NCBI GenBank assembly: GCA_002269645.1
Contig: NIVC01000211.1
Coordinates: 558,001-622,000 of the forward strand
DNA length: 64,000 nt
Source: Macrostomum lignano
Lineage: Eukaryota
Direction of reading: 5' to 3'
The notes beneath the pieces are model-generated. The model did not search any database. It was given only the letters and a program-made list of their open reading frames with translations, and was not told where the DNA came from. The translations under genes were made by a program, and so were the position numbers. Shown here in pieces: positions 35,824 to 48,660 of the stretch. Position 1 is the first letter of the stretch. Every line of letters starts with the position of its first letter.

Positions 35824-38270
35824 TATCTGACACAGAAGATATCTGACACAGAAGACATCTGACACAGAAGACATCTGACACAGAAGATATCTGACACAGA
35901 AGATATCTGACACAGAAGATATCTGACACAGAAGACATCTGACACAGAAGACATCTGACACAAGATATCTGACACAGAATATATCTCTCACAGAAGACAT
36001 CTGACACAGAAGATATCTGACACAGAAGATATCTGACACAGAAGATATCTGACACAGAAGACATCTGACACAGAAGATATCTGACACAGAAGATATCTGA
36101 CACAGAATATATCTCTCACAGAAGACATCTGACACAGAAGATATCTGACACAGAAGATATCTGACACCGAAGACATCTGACACAGAAGATATCTGACACA
36201 GAAGATATCTCTCACAGAAGACATCTGACACAGAAGATATCTGACACAGAAGACATCTGACACAGAAGATATCTGACACAGAAGATATCTGACACAGAAG
36301 ACATCTGACACAGAAGACATCTGACACAGAAGACATCTGACACAGAAGATATCTGACACAGAATATATCTCTCACAGAAGACATCTGACACAGAAGATAT
36401 CTGACACAGAAGATATCTGACACAGAAGATATCTGACACAGAAGATATCTGACACAGAAGATATCTGACACAGAAGATATCTGACACAGAAGATATCTGA
36501 CACAGAAGATATCTGACACAGAAGATATCTGACACAGAAGACATCTGACACAGAAGACATCTGACACAGAAGATATCTGACACAGAATATATCTCTCACA
36601 GAAGACATCTGACACAGAAGATATCTGACACAGAAGATATCTGACACAGAAGATATCTGACACAGAAGATATCTGACACAGAAGACATCTGACACAGAAG
36701 ATATCTGACACAGAAGATATCTGACACAGAAGATATCTGACACAGAAGATATCTGACACAGAAGATATCTGACACAGAAGACATCTGACACAGAAGACAT
36801 CTGACACAGAAGATATCTGACACAGAATATATCTCTCACAGAAGACATCTGACACAGAAGATATCTGACACAGAAGATATCTGACACAGAAGATATCTGA
36901 CACAGAAGATATCTGACACAGAAGATATCTGACACAGAAGATATCTGACACAGAAGATATCTGACACAGAAGATATCTGACACAGAAGAGATCTGACACA
37001 GAAGATTTCTAACACAAAAGATATCTGACACAGAAGATATCTGACACAGAAGATATCTGACACAGAAGATATCTGACACAGAAGATATCTGACACAGAAG
37101 ACATCTGACACAGAAGACATCTGACACAGAAGATATCTGACACAGAATATATCTCTCACAGAAGACATCTGACACAGAAGATATCTGACACAGAAGACAT
37201 CTGACACAGAAGATATCTGACACCGAAGACATCTGACACAGAAGATATCTGACACCGAAGACATCTGACACAGAAGACATCTGACACAGAAGATATCTGA
37301 CACAGAATATATCTCTCACAGAAGACATCTGACACAGAAGATATCTGACACAGAAGATATCTGACACAGAAGATATCTGACACAGAAGATATCTGACACA
37401 GAAGACATCTGACACAGAAGATATCTGACACAGAAGATATCTGACACAGAAGATATCTGACACAGAAGAGATCTGACACAGAAGACATCTGACACAGAAG
37501 ATATCTGACACAGAAGATATCTGACACAGAAGATATCTGACACAGAAGATATCTGACACAGAAGATATCTGACACAGAAGACATCTGACACAGAAGACAT
37601 CTGACACAGAAGATATCTGACACAGAATATATCTCTCACAGAAGACATCTGACACAGAAGATATCTGACACAGAAGATATCTGACACAGAAGATATCTGA
37701 CACAGAAGATATCTGACACAGAAGACATCTGACACAGAAGATATCTGACACAGAAGATATCTAACACAGAAGATATCTGACACAGAAGACATCTGACACA
37801 GAAGATATCTGACACAGAAGACATCTGACACAGAAGATATCTGACACAGAAGATATCTGACACAGAAGATATCTGACACAGAAGATATCTGACACAGAAG
37901 ATATCTGACACAGAAAACATCTGACACAGAAGATATCTGACACAGAAAACATCTGACACAGAAGATATCTGACACAGAAGATATCTGACACAGAAGATAT
38001 CTGACACAGAAGATATCTGACACAGAAGACATCTGACACAGAAGACATCTGACACAGAAGATATCTGACACAGAATATATCTCTCACAGAAGACATCTGA
38101 CACAGAAGATATCTGACACAGAAGATATCTGACACAGAAGATATCTGACACACAAGATATCTGACACAGAAGACATCTGACACAGAAGATATCTGACACA
38201 GAAGATATCTGACACAGAAGATATCTGACACAGAAGAGATCTGACACAGAAGATTTCTAACACAAAAGAT
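35824..38270 (-). repeat. 16-bp satellite, right arm (reverse complement of 32098-33800)
   Basis: Unit agaaga(t/c)atctgacac, ~150 copies. Confidence 0.97.
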
Positions 38271-38329
38271 TATCATGACGATATTATATCAAAGTCTGAC
38301 ATGACGATATTAACAGCTAGAAGTTCACC

Positions 38330-38560
38330 TCAGGGCCTGCCGCCTTCCCCATCCCTCCTCCCCGCCCAGATCCTGTCATTGGCTGTGGAATTCTTTAGCA
38401 GAGGGCCCACAGGACGCCCAATAGGACCGGTCCGTGTGCCGCTCCGGCAGTGGGGGGTCTGGGGTGGCTGAGGGAGGGTGGAGGGACTTAGTCAGGGGCA
38501 CCCCGCCAGACTGCCTGTCGCCAGTTAAAATTCAGACACCCACAAGCCCCCGAAGCAAGT
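38330..38560 (+). promoter_or_regulatory. Putative Irx proximal promoter (GC-rich island)
   Basis: A GC-rich unique block between a satellite and the Irx ATG, containing a GC box (ccccgccc), ATTGG and CCAAT boxes, and a G-run cluster at 38452-38485. Confidence 0.45.
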
Positions 38561-38644
38561 AGCGAAAGAGCTGGAGAGACACAGGAGAAAATCTTTAATT
38601 ATCTTATAAAGATTGCAATTTGAACTTGCACTCAAAACTGACTA

Positions 38645-39374
38645 ATGAGTAACGACAGCGTCAGCAGCAGCGCGAGCAACTGTAGTGCAACGGCAGTGAG
38701 CAAATTTCTGCAACAGCAGCAGCAGCAACAACAATCCCTACCGGCTGGGATGGCAGCGGCTCTTGCTATGCACGGGATTGGACTGCAGGTAAGGAGAAGA
38801 GAGAATGATATTAGATGGATAGATGTTGAGATAGAGATTAGATAGAAAGTGGGATGGAGATTAGATAGTGGGTGAGACAGAGATTAGATGGTAGATGAGA
38901 TGGAGATTAGATAGAAGGTGAGATAGAGATTAGATAGAAGGTGAGATAGAGATTAGATAGAAGGTGAGATAGAGATTTTATAGAAGGTGAGATAGAGATT
39001 TTATAGGAGGTGAGATAGAGATTTTATAGGAGGTGAGATAGAGATTAGATAGTAGGTGAGATAGAGATAAGAAAGTGGTTAAGATAGAGATTAGATAGTG
39101 GGTGAGATAGAGATCAGAATAAGACAAGACACCACATCAACAGCAAGCAAATCGCTGCGCTCTCCATCACGCAGGTGCCTCAGGCGCTGCCGCCGCCTCC
39201 CATAGCAACGTCAACTCCTGCCTGCTCCGCCGCGATGACTGACAGTCAGCAGCAGCAGCCGATGCAGGCGGCAATGCAGGGACCGCCGCCAACCTGGGCC
39301 TACGCGCATCCGGCACTGATGCCGCTGGACCCCCAGACTGAGTCGCTAGGTGAGCTCAGCTTGCTTTGCTGTCT

Positions 39375-39437
<63 letters not shown>

Positions 39438-42400
39438 ACATATACAGACAGTCAGGCAGACAGACAGTCAGGCAGACAAACAGTGAAGCAGACAGACAGA
39501 CACACAGACAGACAGACAGACACACAGACAGACAGGCAGACAGACAGGCAGGCAGGCAGACAGACAGGCAGGCAGGCAGGCAGACAGACAGACAGACAGA
39601 CAGACACACAGACAGACAGACAGACACACAGACAGACAGGCAGACAGGCAGGCAGACAGACAGACAGGCAGGCAGGCAGACAGACAGACAGGCAGACAGA
39701 CAGGCAGACAGACAGGCAGACAGTCTGTCCCCAACCGCCCGCAGCGGAGAACTGGCGGCAGTTCCAGCAGGCGGCCCAGAACTACAACCTGGACCCGCAC
39801 CTGCTGGCAATCTACGGCGGCAGCTTCGCGGCTGGCAGGGCAGATTTGGCCGGTCAGAGGCGAAAAAACGCCACCAGAGAGACCACTGGAGTGCTCAAGG
39901 CTTGGCTGAATGAGCACAAGAAGAACCCGTACCCGACGAAAGGGGAGAAGATCATGCTGGCCATCATCACCACAATGACCTTGACTCAGGTGAGATCTTT
40001 TAGTTTTGTGAAGGTCTTCCTGGGGCCACCCATGAAAGCCACATCGTTTAAAAAGACAGTCACGGAAGCAGAAATCTGGCCAAATCGAATGTAGCAAGCA
40101 GGCCTCAATTTGAGCTTCAACAACAAGTTACCTCACGAGCACAATGCAGTAATAATCATAAATATAAGCTATTAGTAATCATACAAAAATTTGCCCCAAA
40201 TTTCAACCAACAGGAAAAAAAATCGTTAAAAAATTTTTCGCACCTATTATTTTGCGCACGAAGCTGCTCCATTACAGAAATTGCAACAATTATGTATTAT
40301 TCATAATTTAGCATATCTAAGCTAGGCTAACAGATACACACAGAATTAGAAAGAGTTACAATTGAATCCATTAGGCCTCAGTGAGCCATGCAACTCCGAG
40401 TTTTGCGACTCAACTTTTAGGCGTGAAACACAACTCAAAAAACTTTTTATATGATAATATGTAGATTAAAACAGACACATGCAGCAAAAAAAAGTTTAGC
40501 GATGCCATGCAGGCTGTTTTTGAAACAGAATAAGATGATTATTGTTGTTATTTTAGCTTCGCACATAAAATGGTAATTGCGTTGCTTAAATCCTTAATTA
40601 TTATACTGACTGAGAGAACTGAACTTTTTAAACTCAAACCTGACTCACTGGAACCATTTGTAGTTGTGTGAGATTTCCGTCTGTAAATATGTGAGATTTC
40701 CGTCCGTAAATACGTGAGAGTTCCGTCTGTAGTTGTGTGAGATTTCCGTCTGTAAATATGTGAGATTTCCGTCCGTAAATACGTGAGAGTTCCGTCTGTA
40801 GTTGTGTGAGATTTCCGTCTGTAAATATGTGAGATTTCCTTCTGTAAAAATGTGAGATTTTCGTCTGTAAATATGTGAGATTTCCGTCCGTAAATACGTG
40901 AGAGTTCCGTCTGTAGTTGTGTGAGATTTCCGTCTGTAAATATGTGAGATTTCCGTCCGTAAATACGTGAGAGTTCCGTCTGTAGTTGTGTGAGATTTCC
41001 GTCTGTAAATATGTGAGATTTCCTTCTGTAAAAATGTGAGATTTTCGTCTGTAAATATGTGAGATTTTCGTCAGTAAATATGTGAGATTTCCGTTTGTAA
41101 ATATGTGAGATTTTCGTCTGTAAATATGTGAGATTTTCGTCAGTAAATATGTCTTATATGAGATTTCCGCCTATAGTTTTGTGAGAGTTCCGTCTGTAGT
41201 TGTGTGAGATTTCCGTCTGTAAATATGTGAGATTTCTGTCTGTAAATATGTGAGATTTCCTTCTGTAAATATGTGAGATTTCCTTCTGTAAATATGTGAG
41301 ATTTCCTTCTGTAAATATGTGAGATTTCCTTCTGTAAATATGTGAGATTTCCTTCTGTAAATATGTGAGATTTTCGTCTGTAAATATGTGAGATTTTCGT
41401 CTGTAAATATGTGAGATTTTCGTCTGTAAATATGTGAGATTTCCGTCTGTAGATATGTGAGATTTTCGTCAGTAAATATGTCTTATATGAGATTTCCGCC
41501 TATAGTTTTGTGAGAGTTCCGTCTGTAGTTGTGTGAGATTTCCGTCTGTAAATACGTGAGAGTTCCGTCTGTAGTTGTGTGAGATCTCTGTAACCCGAAC
41601 CCGCTACCCCGCAGGTGTCAACTTGGTTCGCCAACGCTCGCCGGCGCCTCAAGAAGGAGAACAAGATGACTTGGGCTCCCCGCAACCGTGGCGATGATGC
41701 TCCAAGCAGCGGCGGCGGCGGCGGTTCCAGCGCGGACAACAACACCTTCGATCAAGACGACGACGACCCTGAGGACATTCCAGACGACGGAGACGATCTC
41801 GCCGAACTCGATGGCGCCCTGGCCACGCGCGGTCGCACAAACGATGGATTGAAACGACGTGCCGAACTTGAATTCGACGTAGTTGAGAAGCGGGAACGCC
41901 TGGACGGCACAAAGACGCTCCAGCAGCCTCAGCAGCCGCCAGCTGGCAGCAAGCCAAGAATTTGGTCCATTGTCGACACGGCCACCAAGGCTGAGCCACC
42001 AAAGTCGTCTTCAGCGTCTTCAAACGCGGCTAACGCAGCTGCAGCCGCTGCCGCCGCAAACGCCTGGCTCAGTGGAGCAAAGCTGAGCAGTGGGGGGATG
42101 TTTTTCCCGCCAGCGCATCTGCAGCAGCAGCAGACTGCGCCCAGCAGCTCGCTGTTTCCTGGAATGCTTCATCATCAGCAGCAGCCACCGCCACCGCCAT
42201 TTCTCCCCCCGATGCTGGGCTTTCACCAGCCGCCGCAGCCTCCGCAGTCGCCGTTCCAGCATCAGCATCATCATCATCATCATCAGCAGGTGAGAAGCTT
42301 CATCGACTTTGCCGCAATGACCGGCGCTTTTGCCAGGCCGCCTCAGCTGCCACCGACACCTCAGCATCCAACGCAGCTGCATCATCAGCGCCGACTGAGC

Positions 42401-42445
42401 CCGGGAGGCAGCCCGACCCAGCTGGCAGCTTCACCAATTATTTGA
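38645..42445 (+). CDS. Irx: Iroquois-class TALE homeobox transcription factor, 4 exons, ~464 aa
   Basis: Exons: 38645-38788, 39175-39349, 39745-39989, 41615-42445; phases consistent. Homeodomain [44 protein letters not shown]|[20 protein letters not shown] is split by the intron after TQ. An acidic tract and the IRO box [11 protein letters not shown] follow. Confidence 0.96.
38810..39120. repeat. ~23-bp purine-rich repeat in Irx intron 1
   Basis: Unit gagattagatagaaggtgagata. Confidence 0.85.
39366..39722. repeat. (GATA)n/(GACA)n/(GGCA)n compound microsatellite in Irx intron 2
   Basis: Direct inspection. Confidence 0.95.
40660..41585. repeat. 23-bp minisatellite in Irx intron 3
   Basis: Unit gtgagatttccgtctgtaaatat, with 69-bp trimeric higher-order blocks. 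Confidence 0.93.
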
Positions 42446-42517
42446 AATGAAACACACCACGCAATCAAATTGATTATGAATTGAACTTTAAACAAGCGCG
42501 AACTAAAAACAGTTTTA

Positions 42518-42531
42518 GTTACCATGGTGAC
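42518..42531 (-). promoter_or_regulatory. RFX X-box motif just 3' of the Irx stop codon
   Basis: The plus-strand GTTACCATGGTGAC is the exact reverse complement of 34080-34093. Confidence 0.4.
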
Positions 42532-43064
42532 TCCATGTTGGCTGGAGAGTTGTCGTTTTTTCGTACACAGATCACCGTAATCTCCTGTTTTCTCTTTCTA
42601 TGAACTCATCGCCTGTTTATATATAAATCCTTTCTAAATTGATTCCATATCAATTATTGCCTTATAGCATGTCTGTCTGTCTGGCTCATATTTATATCGC
42701 CTGCAAGTTTGGCCCTGTCGTCTGTTATCGCTTCTGATCTGATGTGTCCGACAGGTAATAACCGGATTTTATCTTGAATCTCTCAACTGTACATACTTTC
42801 ATAAGTCTTAATTATTCTATGAAATACTTTTATTCGTCTCATTGTAAACTCTGTTTCTATCTCAGCAGGACAAGTTGTTTTTGCTTCGTAAAAAAAGACA
42901 AGAAAATATTTGCCTGTTTGTTCAGTTTGAAATAAAAGCAATTCAAATCTGCCTTTGCCAACTTATACTGCCATTTCTTACTCTATCAAAGCAAACCCGG
43001 CATTCTGTGGCTTTTGTTTTACTTTTTTATTCAATTTTAACTAGAGACAGAAAACAAGAAACAT

Positions 43065-43100
43065 AGATAGATAGATAGACAGATAGACAGATAGATAGAC

Positions 43101-43157
<57 letters not shown>

Positions 43158-43227
43158 TATAGATAGATAGATAGATCGATAGATAGGTAGATAGATAGAC
43201 GGATAGATAGGTAGATAGATAGATAGG

Positions 43228-43269
<42 letters not shown>

Positions 43270-43281
43270 TATAGATAGATT

Positions 43282-43340
<59 letters not shown>

Positions 43341-43391
43341 CGATAGATAGGTAGATAGATAGACGGATAGATAGGTAGATAGATAGATAGG

Positions 43392-43431
<40 letters not shown>

Positions 43432-43489
43432 CGGATAGATAGATAGATGGATAGATAGACGGATAGATAGATAGATGGATAGATAGATG

Positions 43490-43576
<87 letters not shown>

Positions 43577-43589
43577 GGATAGATAGATG

Positions 43590-43631
<42 letters not shown>

Positions 43632-43988
43632 CGGATAGATAGATAGATAGATAGATAGATGGATAGATAGATGGATAGACAGAGAGACAGACACAGATTA
43701 GATAGATGGATAGACAGAGAGACAGACACAGATTAGATAGATGGATAGACAGAGAGACAGACACAGATTAGATAGATGGATAGACAGAGAGACAGACACA
43801 GATTAGATAGATGGATAGACAGAGAGACAGACACAGATTAGATAGATGGATAGACAGAGAGACAGACACAGATTAGATAGATGGATAGACAGAGAGACAG
43901 ACACAGATTAGATAGATGGATAGACAGAGAGACAGACACAGATTAGATAGATGGATAGACAGAGAGACAGACACAGATTAGATAGATA
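43065..43988. repeat. (GATA)n microsatellite grading into a 35-bp minisatellite
   Basis: (GATA)n to ~43680, then ~9 copies of agagagacagacacagattagatagatggatagac. Confidence 0.96.
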
Positions 43989-44499
43989 CGGGAGCCCGCA
44001 GACTACACACCACTCAGAGCAAACGGCTCCGCAGAAAATGTTTTGCAAGACAACAATACGGAAATGAAATTCCGCACGCCAGCAGCAAATAAAACACGGA
44101 TATTCCCCAAAGAAGTATTTAGGGGCTCCTGTTCGCAGCTCTGAAGCCTCCGTCAGTTGCCGATGCGGACTGGAACCTGACACCGCATAAAATTAGCATC
44201 TCGCACGGCTGCAATTCTGCAGATTGCATGCGATTAGATTAGCGTGTGAAGAAACTCGTTTTGAATATTTTGTTGAGTTTCCGTCGGCCATCGCTCATAT
44301 TTAATACCCTGTTGCGAGCGAGTCCATTGTTAATCCGTTAGAGGGTTCGCGCAGACGGATTAATAAAACCTGCGGCTAGGATCAAAGAAATCCCAGAGTG
44401 TGGTATTTGGACACGATCGCAAACCAGTTTAAATTGTTGCCATTGCTTTTTTTACAATTCTGGTCTGAACAGTAGTGCGGCTGAAAAATATATGGAAAT

Positions 44500-45135
44500 C
44501 TCTCCCTCCTTTCGTCTCTAATTTCATCCTACTCCTGTCTCTAATCTCACTCCTCCTGTCTTTAATCTCATCCTACTCCTGTCTCTAATCTCACTCCTCC
44601 TGTCTCTAATCTCACCCTACTCCTGTCTCTAATCTCACCCTACTTCTGTCTCTAGTCTCACTCTACTTTTGTCTTTAATCTCACCCTCTTTCTGTCTCTA
44701 GTCTCACCCTACTTTTGTCTCCATTCTCACCCTACTTCTGTCTCTAGTCTCACCCTACTTTTGTCTCCATTCTCACCCTACTTCTGTCTCTAGTCTCACC
44801 CTACTTTTGTGTCTAATCTCACTCTATTCCCATCTCTAATCTCACCCTACTCCTGTCTCTTATATCACCCTACTCCTGGCTATAATCTCACCCTACTATC
44901 GTCTATAATCTCACCCTACTATCGTCTATAATCTCACCCTACTCCAGTCTCTAATCTCAACCTCCTGAGTCTAATCTTATTCTGCTCCCGTTTCAAAATT
45001 CATTATTTTCTTGTCTCTAATCGCACCCTCTTCCCGACTCTAATCTCACCTTCTCCCATCTTCATCTCGCCCTCGTGAATCTGATCTCACATCCTCCCGT
45101 CTCTAATCTCAACTATTCTCATCTCTAATCTCAGA
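44500..45135 (-). repeat. Degenerate 23-bp repeat, left arm
   Basis: Unit tctctaatctcaccctactcctg. Confidence 0.85.
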
Positions 45136-45879
45136 CAACTCCAATACCTGAATTACTCCAATTATTTTGCGTCTCACATTCCCCCAATGGCCTTGAATTT
45201 TTAAGCAACACATTTAGCTGACACAAAATAAGCAAAAGTCAAATAAATTTCCATCTCTAATATTTCACTGGAACCTAATAAATTACCGCGTCGATTTCAT
45301 TTCATTTTTTCAAGCAAATTTTACTCTCAAGTATCAACACAAAATTCCCTCTTCGGCATGCAGTCGCTATAAATTATCGTCAACATTCCCGGATAAGATG
45401 TGATGAGGAGACAATTCCCCTCTCTTTTGAATAAAACTGCTGCTGCAGTTACCGGCATGGTTTGGAGGGGGGGGCTTATTTTTTAATCACATCAGCGCGC
45501 CAAAAACGCACACCGCCCCCCCCCAATAGCATGGCCAAATCAATAATTCACACCTTCATCTGGGTAATTATCTGGGGCCTTTCACACTGCCGACTCCGGC
45601 ACTGACACATCCTGAATGGAAGCAAGCCAGCGCACACAGCCCTGTGGGCACACGGGAGCGTGACAATCCGACGGGATCCCGTTCGCTAATCTGGGTCAGT
45701 CTTTTTTCCTAAAACTTCCCAACCAGATGAAGATCCGCGTTTGAGTCTGCGGTCTAATAGCAGATGATTTATAACCCAATATGGATTTTGTCTCTCTTTT
45801 CTAAGTGTTAGAGAAAGTTATTGTTGTCATATTCATTGTTTGTTTAGGAGACAGACCTTAGAGTCTGGAGGGTGAGATT

Positions 45880-48020
45880 AAAAACACTAGAGAAATTAGC
45901 ATGAGATTAGATACAGTAGACTGGGATTATACGCAGTAGAGTGAGATTAGATAGAGTTGGGTAGATTAGAGAAATTAGCGTGAGATTAGATACAGTAGAG
46001 TGAGATTTGATGCAGTAGGGTGAGATTATATAGGGTTAGGTGAGATTAGATAGGGTTGGGCGAGATTAGATACAGTAGGGTGAGATTAGATAGGTTGGGT
46101 GAGATGCGAGTCAAAATAATGAGATAAGAGAGATTGCTGAGATTAGAGAGAGTTGGGTGAGATTTGAGTCAAAAGAGTTAAATTAGAAAAAGTTTGGTGA
46201 GATTTGAGAGAGTAGGCCAGGGTGAGATTAGAGCCGAAAGATTAAGACTAGAAACAGTTAATTGCGATTAGAGAGTTTGGTGAGATTAGAGATTGTATAG
46301 CGAGATTATAAACAGTAAGGTGAGATTAAAAACAATAGGATTAGACTAGAGTAAAAAGAGTGACATTAGAAATAGTAGGGTGAGAGTAGGCAATAGTAAG
46401 TGAGATTAGAGAATGGTAAGTGAGATTAGAGAATGATAAGTGAGATTAGAGAATGATAAGTGAGATTAGAGAATGGTAAGTGAGATTAGAGAATGTTAAG
46501 TGAGATTCGAGAATGTTAAGTGAGATTAGAGAATGATAAGTGAGATTAGAGAATGATAAGTGAGATTAGAGAATGTTAAGTGAGATTAGAGAATGATAAG
46601 TGAGATTAGAGAATGTTTAGTGAGATTAGAGAATGATAAGTGAGATTAGAGAATGTTAAGTGAGATTAGAGAATGGTAAGTGAGATTAGAGAATGATAAG
46701 TGAGATTAGAGAATGGTAAGTGAGATTAGAGAATGATAAGTGAGATTAGAGAATGTTAAGTGAGATTAGAGAATGATACGTGAGATTAGAGAATGATAAG
46801 TTAGATTAGAGAATGTTAAGTGAGATTAGAGAATGTTAAGTGAGATTAGAGAATGATAAGTGAGATTAGAGAATGATAAGTGAGATTAGAGAATGGTAAG
46901 TGAGATTAGAGAATGTTAAGTGAGATTCGAGAATGTTAAGTGAGATTAGAGAATGATAAGTGAGATTAGAGAATGATAAGTGAGATTAGAGAATGATAAG
47001 TGAGATTAGAGAATGATAAGTGAGATTAGAGAATGATAAGTGAGATTAGAGAATGGTAAGTGAGATTAGAGAATGGTAAGTGAGATTAGAGAATGATAAG
47101 TGAGATTAGAGAATGGTAAGTGAGATTAGAGAATGTTAAGTGAGATTAGAGAATGATAAGTGAGATTAGAGAATGTTAAGTGAGATTAGAGAATGATAAG
47201 TGAGATTAGAGAATGGTAAGTGAGATTAGAGAATGTTAAGTGAGATTAGAGAATGGTAAGTGAGATTAGAGAATGGTAAGTGAGATTAGAGAATGGTAAG
47301 TGAGATTAGAGAATGTTAAGTGAGATTAGAGAATGATAAGTGAGATTAGAGAATGTTTAGTGAGATTAGAGAATGATAAGTGAGATTAGAGAATGATAAG
47401 TGAGATTAGAGAATGATAAGTGAGATTAGAGAATGTTAAGTGAGATTAGAGAATGTTAAGTGAGATTAGAGAATGATAAGTGAGATTAGAGAATGATAAG
47501 TGAGATTAGAGAATGTTAAGTGAGATTAGAGAATGATAAGTGAGATTAGAGAATGTTAAGTGAGATTAGAGAATGTTAAGTGAGATTAGAGAATGATAAG
47601 TGAGATTAGAGAATGATAAGTGAGATTAGAGAATGATAAGTGAGATTAGAGAATGATAAGTGAGATTAGAGAATGTTAAATGAGATTAGAGAATGTTAAG
47701 TGAGATTAGAGAATGTTAAGTGAGATTAGAGAATGATAAGTGAGATTAGAGAATGATAAGTGAGATTAGAGAATGGTAAGTGAGATTAGAGAATGTTAAG
47801 TGAGATTAGAGAATGATAAGTGAGATTAGAGAATGATAAGTGAGATTAGAGAATGATAAGTGAGATTAGAGAATGTTAAGTGAGATTAGAGAATGTTAAG
47901 TGAGATTAGAGAATGTTAAGTGAGATTAGAGAATGTTAAGTGAGATTAGAGAATGGTAAGTGAGATTAGAGAATGATAAGTGAGATTAGAGAATGTTAAG
48001 TGAGATTAGAGAATGTTAAG
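45880..48020 (+). repeat. Inverted partner of 44500-45135, grading into a homogeneous 20-bp satellite
   Basis: Degenerate gtagggtgagattagata to ~46400, then ~80 copies of gtgagattagagaatg(a/t/g)taa. Confidence 0.95.
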
Positions 48021-48660
48021 CTATAGGGGGCGCTATTTCTGTGCTACAGGGGGCGCCGTTTCTGTGCTACAGGGGGCGCCATTTCTGTGCTATAGGGGGC
48101 GCCGTTTCTGTGCTACAGGGGGCGCCGTTTCTGTGCTATAGGGGGCGCCGTTTCTGTGCTACAGGGGGCGCCGTTACTGTGCAATAGGGGGCGCCGTTTC
48201 TGTGCTACAGGGGGCGCCATTTCTGTGCTATAGGGGGCGCCGTTTCTGTGCTAAAGGGGGCGCCATTTCTGTGCTATAGGGGGCGCCGTTTCTGTGCTAA
48301 AGGGGGCGCCATTTCTGTGCTATAGGGGGCGCCGTTTCTGTGCTACAGGGGGCGCCGTTTCTGTGCTATAGGGGGCGCCGTTTCTGTGCTACAGGGGGCG
48401 CCGTTTCTGTGCTACAGGGGGCGCCGTTTCTGTGCTACAGGGGGCGCCGTTTCTGTGCTACAGGGGGCGCCGTTTCTGTGCTACAGGGGGCGCCGTTTCT
48501 GTGCTACAGGGGGCGCCGTTTCTGTGCTACAGGGGCGCCGTTTCTGTGCTACAGGGGGCGCCATTTGTGTGCTACAGGGGGCGCCATTTCTGTGCTACAG
48601 GGGGCGCCATTTCTGTGCTACAGGGGGCGCCATTTCTGTGCTATAGGGGGCGCCATTTTG
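48021..48660. repeat. 23-bp GC-rich minisatellite
   Basis: Unit gggggcgccgtttctgtgctaca; abuts the 20-bp array directly. Confidence 0.95.

Noticed and set aside
32081-38276. Many 100-570-aa ORFs (SDIFCVRYLLCQ repeats)
   Set aside because: Translations of the 16-bp satellite.
42289-42295. Extra Irx intron starting at CAG|GTGAGA in the last exon
   Set aside because: The frame stays open and GC-rich to TGA at 42445, and no downstream coding exon was found; it cannot be excluded as a minor isoform.
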